NCBI RefSeq assembly: GCF_000181795.1 | Contig: NW_003526941.1 | Span: forward strand, 11,210,161-11,274,160 | Direction: 5' to 3' | Source: Trichinella spiralis | Lineage: Eukaryota | DNA length: 64,000 nt | Shown: in pieces, positions 12,601-27,000 of the stretch | How positions within the stretch are numbered: the stretch's first letter is position 1 | How the letters are laid out: each line of letters begins with the position of its first letter | Program-made: the position numbers and the translations under genes | The notes under the pieces: model-generated | The model's input: only the letters and a program-made list of their open reading frames with translations | Databases searched by the model: none | What the model was told of the DNA's origin: nothing

Positions 12601-15600
12601 GTGAAATGTGAACATTTTTTTACTCATTACGTAGTAAATGCATTTACTACATGAATATGTGCATGAATGTTTGTGAAGATCTGTTTTTTGAGATCAGTAG
12701 ATATTCTAACATCGGTAGGGGAAACCAAATTCTTCTAAATTCAAATTTCAACCGTACTCTAGAAATTGCTTTCATTAATTTTCTTTTAATGTCTTTCACA
12801 TGACATAAAAGAATTTTTTTTTCATTCTGTGTTACTCAAAATAAGAAAAGAAATTACATTTACAGAAACAAGCAGAGTGCAATTATTTTCTTCCCAAGAA
12901 AAATGCACGTTTTATTATTTTTTTATGGCAAATAAAATTGTAATTTTATTTATTTTTAACATGAAGAGAAAAAAAAGAAACTGGCGTTCATTTTGCATCA
13001 AACAATATTATAATTGGTATAAATTTATAAGTTTAACGTGAAAAATGAGTGGTTGGATTGGATTTTGGACTGGAAATTTTCATTTTATTATATTTTTTCA
13101 AAATAAAAATTATGTTTTGGATAAGTGAGAGAATACGTGAGATGAAAAGCGTAAAATTTTTAAGATTTTTCAAACAGCACAACAGAGGAAGAATGTTCGT
13201 TCAACAACTGTCACTTCAACTGACAAGCATTATCAGCTTCATCATCATTGTCATTGTAATATTAGCAAAATATTATTTTTATAATAAAAATGCCAAAGCC
13301 GTCGAATAGTAAGCGTCAAAACAAAACTGTTGTCGAATTATTCATATTTTATTTTATTTAAAGCTAGCAGCAAATTTTAATTTTTCATGCAAAACTCGGG
13401 TAACTTGTTCGATTTGATGTTTTCTGTTGTTCAAATTGAAATTTCTTTGCATCAACTGACACCATTGATGATGCATTTTGCTTTTCACTTTAGCAATCTT
13501 ATGAAAAATTGATACAAATTTAATTTCAAGTAAAGAAAAAATGTTCATTCAATTCATTCATTCTTTCATTCTCAATCAATCATTCATTTAGCAGTGTTTA
13601 AGAAATTAATTTTTAACTAATTTTTTTACTACTTACTAATTCTAATAACTTGTTATATATATATACGTGTGTGAAATGAAAAAAGCGTTAAAATGAATGG
13701 TAGCAGTGTTTCTTGTTTCAGTTATTTCAAAATGAATAATATTCTGTGGTTTTTTCTTTTCAATATCATCGGCTAGTTCAACGTTTGTTCTAGTGTATTG
13801 ATAATTTTTCCCCATTTCTGTGCAATGACTGATTAGTGATTTGGTTTGAATATTTCATAACCATTGGACAGCAAAGCATTGATTTATTTGAAATTTATTC
13901 TTAAATGAATTAACAGTTGAATGAAATGGATCAAATTTTCGTCACATTTCATTTCATAATCAGGCAGTACATTTGCATACGTTGGTTGTTTAGAAAAGCA
14001 AAAATCCCTTTTACAAGTAGATGATTTCTGGTGATTTGGTTGTTAAGGAAGTGTGAATAAAAATTTCAACTGCAGCACTTTTACGCACAGCAGCAATAAT
14101 AATAATAATAATAGCGTTGCGCACTTATTTCACTCTACTTACCGATTAATAATAGAAGTAAAAATTATATATATATATATATATATATGGATTGCATTAA
14201 TTCATTTTGAAAGAAATAAAAAAATTAGAATAGAAAGGATTTAATTTAATGAAAATTATTAATTTTAATGCATTGTTGTTCAATTTTTCAATAAATTGTG
14301 GAGAAGGAAAAATTCAGCTGATAATTTCAATATTGTAATGTGGGAAAGAATAATGATAGGTAGGAGAAGAAGAAGAAGAAGAAAGCAATTAAAATGCATT
14401 TAAATTTTTAATGAATATAAATTGAACATGCTCTTTTATTTTCTTCAAATTGAAATTTACAAAAGGTTAACTTTTATTATTTCTTCTTTGTCCACCACCT
14501 TTCAATATTCTTTACATTAGCTTTGCTTCAATGAAAGAAGTTGTTTTTCACTTTTTTTTATAAAAGTGGTTCAAATGCATATCCCGACTATTTGTGGCAG
14601 TTGTGTTTTTCAGGTTTTGCAAAATTTAAAAATAGATTCTCCCTTAAGAAGGAAAGAACGATTTTTTTTCAACAAATATTCATACTGCTTATTTTATTTT
14701 GAAAAATATGATCCGACTGAGATGGTGTTACTCAGATGTCCACAGTTTTATAACTTTTGTTTTTTATTTTTATTTTAATAATATTTAAAGAAAAGACAGT
14801 TTTAAATCAGTATTGTAAAAGTGTTGATTTGCGATTGGAACATTCAAAAGGGTAATTATTGTTTTTTTTCTTTTGGAAAATATTCATCTCAGCATTTCAG
14901 CTTGTTTCAAAACTTACTTGAAAGTGTATGATTAATAAATATTAATATCTACTATTTTGATGACATCATTTTTGAAATGAATTTGACAGTGTTCAAATTG
15001 ATGAGTAAATGCGTCATTATTATTATTATTATTAGTAGTAGTAGTAGTAGTAGTAGCAGCAGCAGTAGAAGTAGAAGTAGTAGAAGTTATTGGTAGTGAG
15101 CTAGAAGCTATTGGTGAAATGACAATGAGAAAATCAAAAACTTATAGCAGCAGCAGCAACAGCAAGCTGAAGCAGCAGGCAACAATTTTAGCAGTATCAT
15201 TTTAAATTTATGATTCATGAATTTATCAAATATCGGAGCAAATAAATAACAACTTTTTCAAAATCTCTCATCAGTTGCTGTTTGTGTGGTTTATTTATTA
15301 ATGCGCTTTTTTATTATCATACATCATTGATAATATGTATTAAGTTTTTTTTTTGTAGTTGGATTTGTTCTTTTTTGTGTTTCATTTTCTCATTAACAAT
15401 TATTGATTGAAGAGTATTCGGTTGCAAAAATTGTTCCTCATTTATTTTGATAATTTGAAATGCAAATTTCGGTACATTTGATAGGTTTTGTTAGATACGT
15501 GTGTTGTTACTTCAATTACACAGGGCGAGCTAAATTCTAGAAGAATTATTCTGTTTGCCCAACCAGATTACTGTTACCGTTGTTGCTTGCTTTTCATTTG

Positions 15601-18600
15601 GAATATTTCTTATCATTTTATTCACTGCTCAATTTTGTGCTTTCTTTCTGAATGAAAAAATTATTAACCTTTTTCAAAGTGGAATAATTTCAGTTTTAAT
15701 GAAATGATTTTATTAAAAATCGAAGAGTAGGAGTGTTCAATGCAATCAGTGTGTCCAGTACAAATCACTTTGTAAAAAATTTTGATGATTCAATTTGAAA
15801 AAGTGACAGATAACACTTTTCCAATAAGTTTTAAATAAGCATGTATAAATATAGTTAGAGAATCTGTTGTAATGGACGGATTATTTTTATTTGCTTCCAT
15901 TTCAATGTGCTGAAATCTGAATCACATGCATAAATTGGAACAGATTGAATGACAGCCGAACAGAGAGAAAAGAAAGAAAGAAAGCAATGAATATGGAATT
16001 TCATCATTTTTATCTTTCTCTCTCAGCATTGCTATTCAATAGAATTAAATAGTTCATCGTTGAGAGGTAGGAACAGTTGAATTTTATTCATTTTCATAAC
16101 CCACAAATAATAATAATAATAATAATGACAACAATGCATGATCTTGCTTATTCAAAAGGGAAATTAGCTAATTTTCAAATATTGTCTGTCTGTGCGTTTT
16201 TTTTTAAATAAATCATAAGCAATTTCTTTATGTTTAAAATTTTATCTCTTCAAAGTGCACATGTTATTGCAAACGAATATAATAATTAAATAAACAATAA
16301 AGCTTGATTAATAATATCGCATTGTTTTAATTTACCAATTATGGAAGAAATGGAAATCTTCTTTTTACATACAACACATGCTGTATAGTGCTTAATTAAG
16401 CATTTCTTTTACTAATTAATTTTTGTTTTTTGTTCAATATTATATAAATAATATTCTTTCAGCAGCATTGCACTGCTTTATACCAATTTACTTTTTTGAT
16501 GTCAATTTATATGTTCTTACAATTTCAATATTTCTCCAAATATGCAAATTATGCGATAAATATATTTACAGACAAAATTAGAAAAGGAAAAATAAGGAAG
16601 TTTGGGAATTTTTTTTTTGAAATCAACGTCAATACATGTCAGTTTTTCAAAAATGCTTGCCAAATTTTAAATTCATGATCAAGCTTTGTGACAACTGTTT
16701 ATCATATGCATAACTGCTATTTTGTGCAGTTTTTTTAACGATGTAAATTATTTCAGTTTTAATACAGATCACTTGTTGAGATGTGTTCTGTTATTTTTTT
16801 TAAATGTTTACAGTTATGCAAATTTAATTTGTTTGGCAAATTGAAGAAAGTCTATCGAATGAAGAAATTCTTGTTGAATTCTCCTGTTGTATGTAAATTG
16901 CATTTTTATTTTTGCATATAAAAATCGTTTGTCGTTGCGTTGCTTTTTCCAAATCGAATAATAAATAAGTTTGATTATAAAAATTTGAAATATAATGTCT
17001 AGAAAAATGAATAAGTGTTTTTTTTTGATTCAGAATTAACTTGTCAATTTTTGATGCGATTTGTTGAAAAGTACATATATATATGTATATATAGCTAGCT
17101 GTCAAGTGAATGTCGTTTAATTGTTATAGGAAAAAATATAATTGATCAGTGTTATTTTGTGTTTTGTTTTGTGACAGATTACTGAAACATGAGACAGATA
17201 GTGATTTGAAGAATCAATCGAAAAATGAACGCGGTCAGGCAGGAGGGGTATCAACATGGGAAATGTAAATTATAACGTATCCATACATACATACATATAT
17301 GCGCGTAATATTGGCAAATTGAATTAAGCTTATTAGAAAATTGTCCAACTGCTTTAGTCGTCAGTCCAGCAGCAGCATCAGTTGAAAAGCGTTATTTCAG
17401 TTGTCTGAGCAGGTTAGCAGCATATATTGTATGTTCGTGTATGCTTCATTTCTGATCTTTTACCTTGTCAACAGATTATTTCCACTTGATTTGTTTGTGG
17501 GAAAATTGAATGACTGGGCAAAATAAGCTTAAGTAAGCGATTTTACTTGCTTTTTCAATTAGCTTTTTTCAAAAAGTTGCCATATGCTGAAACTTCTAAG
17601 TGTGTGATATTTGCTTTTTTTTATAACAAAAATAACTTAATTTTTAATGATCTGATATAAAGATTATTTTGAAAATATAATAAAGAAAAAAGAAAGATAC
17701 ACACACACACACACACACACACATATGTATATATTGATTATGATGAAAATTTATGTCAATACTATTTTTATGCGCATCATTGCAAAGTTAATAAAAAGTT
17801 TATCGTGGGATTAGGTAAAATATTTTGTGATATTTTTTGGCAATTTTTTTTTCTTTCTTTTTTTGACATTTGACAAATTTCATACCACTTTTACGATTGG
17901 TTTGTAATTTTAAATTAATTATTAATATTTATTGTTTATTTGGTTTTTATGGAATTTTCTTCTTCTTCTTCTTCTTTTTGAATTGATGATTTTTCATTTG
18001 TCGTCTCATGATTGGAGCGGCAGTTGTTGATTCGATTTATTACTGTTCAATTCGATAAATCACAGTGATTTACTTACTGTTTATTATTTTTTGACATTCT
18101 GAATTGGTTGTGTCAGTGATAAATAAATAAGATTGATGTTGAGCATCATCTTTTTATTTGATGAAAGATCGCTCACTACCACTATTATTACTACTACTAC
18201 TACTACTACTAATTTTTTGTTCATTGTGAAATTATTAAATCTGCAAAGCTTGTGGCATATTATATCAATTTCTAATTTAGTTTTATTCAATTGTATATTA
18301 GTATTATTGCTATTCTTTATTTTGTTTATTTAAATTTTAAAAATTTTAAGCAATGCTATCGATTTGGTGTGTTGTTTTCTCTACGACTCTCACAGTATAA
18401 ATAATGTTTTAAACTGCAATTGAAAAATATTTATTGCTTGACAAGTTGTGCAACGGACCCAGCATTCATTTTGTTTTATTATTATTTTTTGTTCTCATCC
18501 GAAATCACAAGTAGTTGAATTATTGCTTTTTTTCAATAGTATTTGATTTGCTCAATAACCGATTAATAAAATAGTTAATGTAAACTGTAAAGTGTAAAGC

Positions 18601-21043
18601 AACGTGTATTTAAATTAAAAGTGGATGAATCAATTTACTGCAGTTTAAATTTTCTGATATTTATGTGTACTTTTTCTCTAAAAATGAGACATTTTTTCTC
18701 TTCATTTCATTCTTCAATGACATTTTGATATTTTTGAGTTGTATAAATTTGCAGACATTATTATTATTATTATTATTATTACACTTTTGATCTTCTTTGA
18801 TGATATGATGATGATGCTGAAGCATTTCAAAACGTAATTGATGTTTTTTTTCAATAAATTGCATTTCTACAATAATAATCCGATTTCAAGTATACCATTT
18901 TATTTCGACGCCTGCAGCAAGCACTGAAGCCGAACAAGCTAACTAACAAACTATAGTTAGCTAGCTAGCTAGCTAGCTAAATAGCTGTTTGCAGATTGTG
19001 AAACGCACTTTTGACATAAACTTAAATTGACGTTTCTCTTTGAAGTAAAGAGTCGTCTTTTGATTGGCATTTTTATTCATTTACCTTCAATTTTAATTTT
19101 ATTACGCCCATGCAAAATTTTCATTTTTCATTACAGTATACTTTATTGCAATTCTTTTTGAAACCGTTAAAATGATGCTCTGATTGAAAACAGGGAAGTA
19201 TTTCAAAGTTTCAGTTCGACTTTTTTCTGCAATTTTTTATTTCTAACTGATGTTTGTTTATTATTTATTCATTTTGTATGCAGCTTCTTCTCGATTCTGT
19301 AACTGTGAATGGTTCTGCAATAATTATGTTGAATTTTGTTCTCATCACAATTCTCAAAATCAATCTTAATTCTCATCAGCTAGTTTTGCAAAATATCAAT
19401 AATTTGCATATTTGTTTTCTCAACTTTTAGCATCCAATGTATAACAGTAAATAGAGTTAGTGTTGATGTGAAAATACTTTCACCTACCTGTTGCAAACTT
19501 CTATTGTACATTTTAAGCGATGTTGTATGTTTTGTTATCTTAATTTCATTCAAAAATTTTCTTCTACAATTTCAACTCTTTGATAATATTCTTTGTTATT
19601 TGCTTTTTGATAATAACTTGCACATAATAGTTTTTATAATAACAAAATTGTATTTATTTTGTTGTTTAGAAATAATAATTTTTTTAAACTTGCAGATCAG
19701 TTTTTGCTTTTAAAAATTTTTAAAGCAGTTCAAAGCCGGTGAAATAGTGCAATTTATTTGAAGTGAAAATCATAATTAAAATTCGATCGCTTGCACGCTC
19801 TGAGCAATCTATTGTTAGTCAATTAATCATCGTCTTAATCAACACAATATCTCAGATTCTTATCTCTCTGGTGAACCGGTGCTCACAACTATGTATGCAT
19901 TTATACAATTTACTAAATCATATATGATTTTATTTACGGATGTGTTGGCCTCAATCTCAGTTTGTACATACGTACTACACATATACTTATGCATGCATCT
20001 ATGAACAGCAGTCGTAATAAAATTACTATTCAATTTCAATTTCTGTCGACTTGGCAAACTTCACCATCATGCAAATTAACGAATGTATGTGTATGTGTGC
20101 TGCTGTGCTCTGTTCTGCTTTCTAGTCATTCTGTCACTAAAGCAGTGTTTGATGCAGGTTCATTTACATTTCCCTTCTATGAGCTGGCCATCAGCAGCAC
20201 AATGCAAGTTTAATGTTTTCCAATTAGTTAACTGTTAAATGATTCTTATTCTAGAATTTGTTCTGATACTCTATTATAAGCCTGATTTTTTTTCTAATCC
20301 AACAGTATTTCAGTGTCTTTAGAAAATTTGAATATTATAAAATGACGCGTTGGAAGAAATAATTTTCTATTATTTTTAAGTTTATTTTTAGTAAACTGTT
20401 ATTATTTTTCTGTTCAGTAAAACTATTATCAAATGTACTGTTGTGTATATAATTTTATTTATTTATCTATAGGTATGCTTCGATGAAAGCTATACACACG
20501 CAAGTTTGTGAAAATTTGGAAGAAATTATTTACGGAAGAGATTAAGTAAGTATTTTATTGTATACAGTGTGGAATTATGTTAATAGTGTTGTAATTGTCT
20601 AAAATCAACCATAATGATTGTTCGATTTTTCAATTGCTGTTTATATTGGGCGATTTAATTTGAATTTTTGAAATGATAATTTGTTATTTTATATTCAATT
20701 AGATGTAGATTTAATGCAGTGTTAATTTCTGTGCTTTCGTCCAGTATACTATAATTACAGCAGTGCTTTGATTCTTGTTGTTTTTTTTCTTAAATAACTG
20801 TCATTATAAAATTATTATAAGCAGCAGTTTGTGTTATTATAAATGAGAATTTCAATGAGAGGAAAAGCTACCACATGAAGTATAGAGGTGATTTATTTTG
20901 TCATTTGAATGCAGCAAGCAGTAGCTGTGTATTTGATTCAGCAGAAGAGGAGAATTTGTTTATTTAAATAATTTAACTGAAGCGTGCTTTTTGAAAGGTA
21001 GATTTTAGAATTCGTTTGGTTGTTTGCAAAAAAATTGATCATC

Positions 21044-21070
21044 GTCGTCGTCGTCGTCGTCGTCGTCGTC
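21044..21070. repeat. (GTC)9 microsatellite just upstream of the SK channel ATG
   Basis: Visible directly; it produces the poly-V and poly-T runs in the ORF track. Confidence 0.9.
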
Positions 21071-21073
21071 ATC

Positions 21074-24000
21074 ATGGCATCACATAAATCCAACTTGAAC
21101 AGACAAGAAGCTTTGAAAAGTTGCCACAGCTTTGGCCGAATATGCCCAATCAACAACAGCAGCTCCTCATCAAAAGCCGCTAAAACTGGGCACGGTTGTT
21201 CTTCTTCTACATTTACGGCGACCTGTTCAATGGACGAAGGATGCGGAGTTGTTGGTGCATGCAGCAGCGGCGATTTGCAAGCACCAGTGCCAGCGGTCGG
21301 TGCAACGACGACGGTGGTGGATTTGAACGACGTCGACGGTACAGTAGGAGGGGATTCGGCCGAGGCGGTGGATGAGAAGGAAGGGGAATTGTTGGTGAAA
21401 ACGACCGACAACAAATTGTCGGCATTGTTCAAGGGTGGCAATTTGAGTGTAGACGGCCATTTGAGAAATCGCCTACAGCATGCACCGCAGGCGTTGTGCC
21501 ACAGCGCCGACTGTATTGACGGTCAGTATCCGGACGCGTCGAATGGGCTGTGCCCGTTGTGCGGAAGGGCGGCAACGCTGGTCCGGCGACCAATGTCGCC
21601 CAGTTCGGACGCGCGCAACGCCATCTATGAAGTGAGCAACGATTTTATCAAGCTTTTCGGCTCGAAGCGCCAGTACGGGCTGCTGCTTTCTGGCCCCGTC
21701 GACTTGGCCACTCCTGACCAGCAGTCGTCGCATTATCCCAGTCGACTGTCGTCGGACAAATCAGACCAGCAGTTGTTGCAAAGTGGACCAGCTGCGACGA
21801 TCCAAACGGCACCGCTCATGCCACGCCCGCCGGGAAATTATCTCCTACCCAAGCGGAAAAGCGCATACGGTGTTCTGTGGAAGGACAAGCAAAACTGGCG
21901 TCAAAAATTGCGTACCCGTAAACGCCTCTTCTATCAGCGGAACAAAGTCTGCGATCTCTGCTTGCTGTTTGCACTGGCTGGCATCTTGATCACCGTTCTT
22001 GAAGCAGAACTGACCAGTCATCAATTTCTTCTCAAGGTATGATGATGATGCATTTTTTCTTTTTTTTATTTGTATTTTTTTTCAATTTAATAATAATAAT
22101 AATAATAATAATGCTGAACATTTAATAATATCAGACAATTACAATTAACAGAATTGGGCTTTATTTTTTGTTCTTTTTTCTTGTTGAAAAGAGATGAGAG
22201 GTAGTGAAAGAAAATGGTTGTTTAATAAATTGTTCTTCGATTTTAAAGTTATTTTGTAAACTTATATCATTGATGCTCTGTCTGCATTTTTACTTCAGAG
22301 ATGTGATTTGGGTTTTCTGGAAACATTCTGTGTAAATTTTTCAAGAAACTGAAAACACATATTAATTTCAGTGTTCAATTGTATTTATTTATTTTATGAA
22401 AGTATGTTTTTGAACAGAAAAATATTCTGAATTCAAATATGTTATTGCACAATTGAAATTTTTCTTTTGATAAAATGATAATTATAACTGAAATGATCAG
22501 AGGATCTGAAAACAAATAATATAACATATTCTATCAAATCAAATCAAGTCGAATGTCACACGGGTCTTTGCCGGAAGTTAGCGCTGAGATTGAGTTTAAA
22601 TGTATTATTTTTCAAAAAAAATATTTAATGTTAAATGCAATTATATAAATGTATGTTTTGCACTGCAATATTCATCCAGTTAAACTGAATTGCTTATTTT
22701 GCTTGCAACTTTTACTGATTTTCAATTAAAAAAGAAAACTATTATATTGGCATTTTAAGGCATTCCAATAATATTTAACAGGCGTTATATCTAGAAGCTG
22801 AAGAGTAACTGAGAAAAAATGAACAGCACTATATAAATAAATAGTTTGTTGGTTTGGAAATTTATTAATTTTCATCCTCACCTTCCCCATTATTTGAATT
22901 CTAATTTTAATAATATTCAAATATTCTTGAAAATTTACATTTATTTATCTTCACATACTATTCATTAAGAAATAAAAACAAACAATACAAACTTCTCAAT
23001 GAGTAGTAGTGAACTTTTTGTGTAAAAATTCAAATAAGTGAAATAATATTTCTTTGTATGAATTCATGAAAAATTATTTAAAGGACAAGCAAAATATCTG
23101 TTTTTTGTTAGAAGAATATATTTGTAAAAAATTAATGAAGGCAAGTGGAATTTTCAACCTTCTGAATGGGAAGTAATAAAATTTATTAAATTGTTCTTAG
23201 CTTTTGAAAATTTGAAATTGTTTTAAATTATAACGTCATTAATGAGCAGGTGACTGGATTTATAATTGCATTTTATTTTATTTTTTTGGCGTATTTTTCG
23301 AGTTGAATACTTTTTATCGGTATTATTGACTTTTTTTCAGTTCTTTTGAATGGATCGTTTTTTACGTTGTTCCTATTATTTCTGTGGTTTTTGTTTCAGT
23401 CGATTTGTTCAGTGGAGCATTTTTAGCAGTCGAAAAGTCACCACTGCTAATGAAACTTGAGCTTCTCTCTTTTGGCTGTTTAGTGAATGGTTATTTTGAA
23501 GCTAATTATAATACAATACAGTCAGAACTAATTGCAGCGAAAAAAATAATAAAACAATTTGACCATTGTCTGAAAATGAAGTTCAAGGTTCACAGACTCT
23601 GGATATCTTGCCGAGATGCCGTCTGATCGATGTTGTTAGCATTTTTTTTCTTATTTTAAACGATGGGGGCTATTTTCACTAGCTTAGATTTTGTCAATTA
23701 CTTTTACGCTTCTTTTTTGTCTTAATTCAATAAAGCTACACCACTGGATAGAGATGATAAGCACACCATTCTGGAATGGGTCAGTGCAGTTAGCAGCGGT
23801 AGTATTGGTAGTAGTAGTTTGCATTAATTTTGCCAAGATTTCTTGTAAAATTCTCAATCTAACCTGCAAACTGGTGATCAGAGAAGAGAGTGATCAGTTG
23901 TTTGCTGTGGTTTTTTATGAAAAATTAATTATTGACGACATTTTGAAACGTACATTTAAACTAACTCTGAAAGTACTGGTTTAGAAATTACTTCTGAAAG

Positions 24001-27000
24001 GCAGGCTCTATGTGTTTATATGTATAAATTAGACTGTATGTGCGTGCAGTTGTTTGAAATTTTTTCAAACGAGCTAGTTGTATGGCTTTGATTTAATTTA
24101 ACTGCAATAAATTGCGAGAAAACGATTGCAGAATTACTCGTGGACGTTGATTTAGTAAACTAGTTCAAATTAATGCAGCTTGTGTAATTTGGTTTTTGTT
24201 ATTTTCAACCATTGTCACTTTGATTATCTTCTTTGTTTTCCAAATTAATTTTTCAAAATTCTTTTACTATTGTATGTTAATAAGAAATTATTGTTATATA
24301 GTTTTGTTTATGCAGTTGTTTTATGGATAACATATTGAAATTTTAGAAATTGAAATAGCGAAAATTCCAGTGTGATAATATTTTTGTAACGTGAACAATG
24401 TTAATTTTTCATTTACTTTTTTGGCTAAACATAGTCTGTTTGAATTTCACAAAAAAAAGGAAAACTTTTATGAAAATTGCTGTACTGTTGACAAAGCATG
24501 AATAGTCTTGTTGTAATGAATGAAGGTTGTGAGTAGTAGTGTTTGAAGTAGTTCGTTTCAAGTAATCAAAGCATTTAGCAGTGGATAACACAAAGTATAT
24601 AAATAGTTTTTTGAGGTGTTGATCAATTGTAATCTACTATATTACTTACTGCTTTGCTTCGTGTGAAAAAACATTGCGTTTGTTACTCTGTGAATGCTAT
24701 GGAAACGATAAATGATAATTGTGCAATTGTAACAATGCACATTTATTATTATCATAAAGCACATAATCATTTAATATTTAATGTTGCAATTTTTTTCTTT
24801 TTTAATATATATGTATATGTATATATATGTGTGTGTGTTTACTTATTATTTTAAATTCAGGAAAGGAAATTTCATTCAACTTGCACGAACGTTCAATGTT
24901 TCGTTTAACACAGAGTATTAGTTTATTGAAAATTTTCCAATTGATTTCAAATTGATGATAGAATTTCAAGTTTAGAGTTTCTTCTTTATTTGGGAAGTTA
25001 TTTTAATTTTCACAAGCTAAACTGTGATATTCTATTTGAAGAAATTGCGCAATTAAAATAAATTACAATTTGTGTATTTTATTATTTTGTGGATGCACTT
25101 TCATTTGGTAAAGTTCTGAATCGGAATCGATTACCGTTGATCGTCGAGTTCGTTGATCAAAATGAATTTCTTGTGCTTCACAATTTCTCTGTGTTCAAGT
25201 AGTTTGTTACATAATGACATTTGGGCAGCGGTGCATCAATAAGGTTACTTTTGCATTTTACGTCAATGGCAACGACAAGAATATACGGCGAAGATTGTTC
25301 AACATTGCAAAGTGGGTAAGCAGGATAATGTTTGTCTGTTTTAAGTTTCCGATTGAGCACGTGAAATTTTTGGATTTTCACAAGAGACGATCAATTGTGC
25401 GTCGATTAAATTAATGGAACCATCTTGACTACTTCAGAATAGTGTGGGATTGGACAAAACTGTGCGCTGTCGATCATTCTTTGCCTCTCTTGTGGTGTAG
25501 TAGAGTCTCGGCTGGTCAGTCGTTTCCAATTGCATCTTTCAAAGTTTCACTAAAACGACAGAGGCAATTTTTGTCCATTTATGATGATGATGATGATTGG
25601 TCAACTGAACCGTATGTCGATTTTGTTACTACATTTTCAATGCGATCAAGCATAGTCAGATCGGCTGCATTCGGCCATATTTGAATTCGAAACACCATTT
25701 TCTCCATCATGCTCTGGATGTTCATACAATCAATAGCACAAGCTTATCCATAGTTGACTGTTAATAATGACATATTATTATCACAACAACAACCACAACA
25801 AGAAACAATGTCATGACAAATTAGAAAACTGGTGGTCACTAATTTACGATCAATGTTTTTGCACTTTCAGATGTGCCCAATCGAATCCCACCAAAACATC
25901 CTGCAATTAATTGTCTGAGAAGCGTCCTTTTTATTGAACACATTTTCTCCACTTCTTCTGCTTAGCATTGCCAATAAACAACAGCATTCATCCACTGATG
26001 ACTGTGACTCTGTTTGGCTAGCTGGTTAGTTGATCTAAGAGAAATTCCAAACAGAAGCGCATCAGATTCCAATATATATATATATATAATCTCTATCTCT
26101 ATCTATAAAATCTATCTATAAAGCGGATGTTATTCTGAGAAAAGTTCCATTCAACATTGTTTGCTTTCCCTGCGGCGGGAGGGTTGATTTCTCATATTGT
26201 TTGTTTGATTGTGTATTTTGTTCACTTGTGTGTACTGATTTGGAATTTTATTTTTTTAAATTTGTGAAATACAATTTTTTAAAAAATAATATCACACACA
26301 CATTTATATTTTACAGAGACGATTAATTTCAATGTAATCAGTGAAGTAGTTGAAGAAATTGAATGAAAACGAGAAAATATGCTTTTTCAGATCTGTTTTT
26401 AACGTGTTTTTTGTTTGCGGTTATTTAATATTAACTTACAAACAGAATAACGGCTGTTTTTAAAGTCAATCGTATAATTTAAAGGAAATTATTGTTGATC
26501 AGTTGAAAAATTGTTTGTAATTTTCATAATAATAAATAATAATTTCTTTTTTTTCAGACGGCTATTGTTTCTCAAGTATTACGTAGTATTATTGTGGTAA
26601 CGACAGTTGTTTTACTTTTCCTCATTCTCATGTACCATGCAACTGAGGTGAAAGTGAGTACCGCTCTTGTGAGCAAGTTATCAAATTATATACAGTTTAG
26701 TTTCATTATTGTTGAGCTTGGTTCTAGATTTTGGTGAATGACAGTGACGCTCAAGATTGGCGAGTAGCTGTCACATGGCAACGGATAGCGCAGGCTACTC
26801 TAGAACTAGTTGTCTGTGCAGTATGTCCCATACCTGGTATGTACATTTTATTTGAACGGATTTTTGAATTAAAATATATTATCTTTATCTGGATATGCTT
26901 TTTTCATACGTTTGATATAACCATTTTCCATCAGCAAGTTTATTTTTACCGTTTTATTTAAAATCATGATTACTGTCCTACTGTAGTATTTGAAGTGAAA

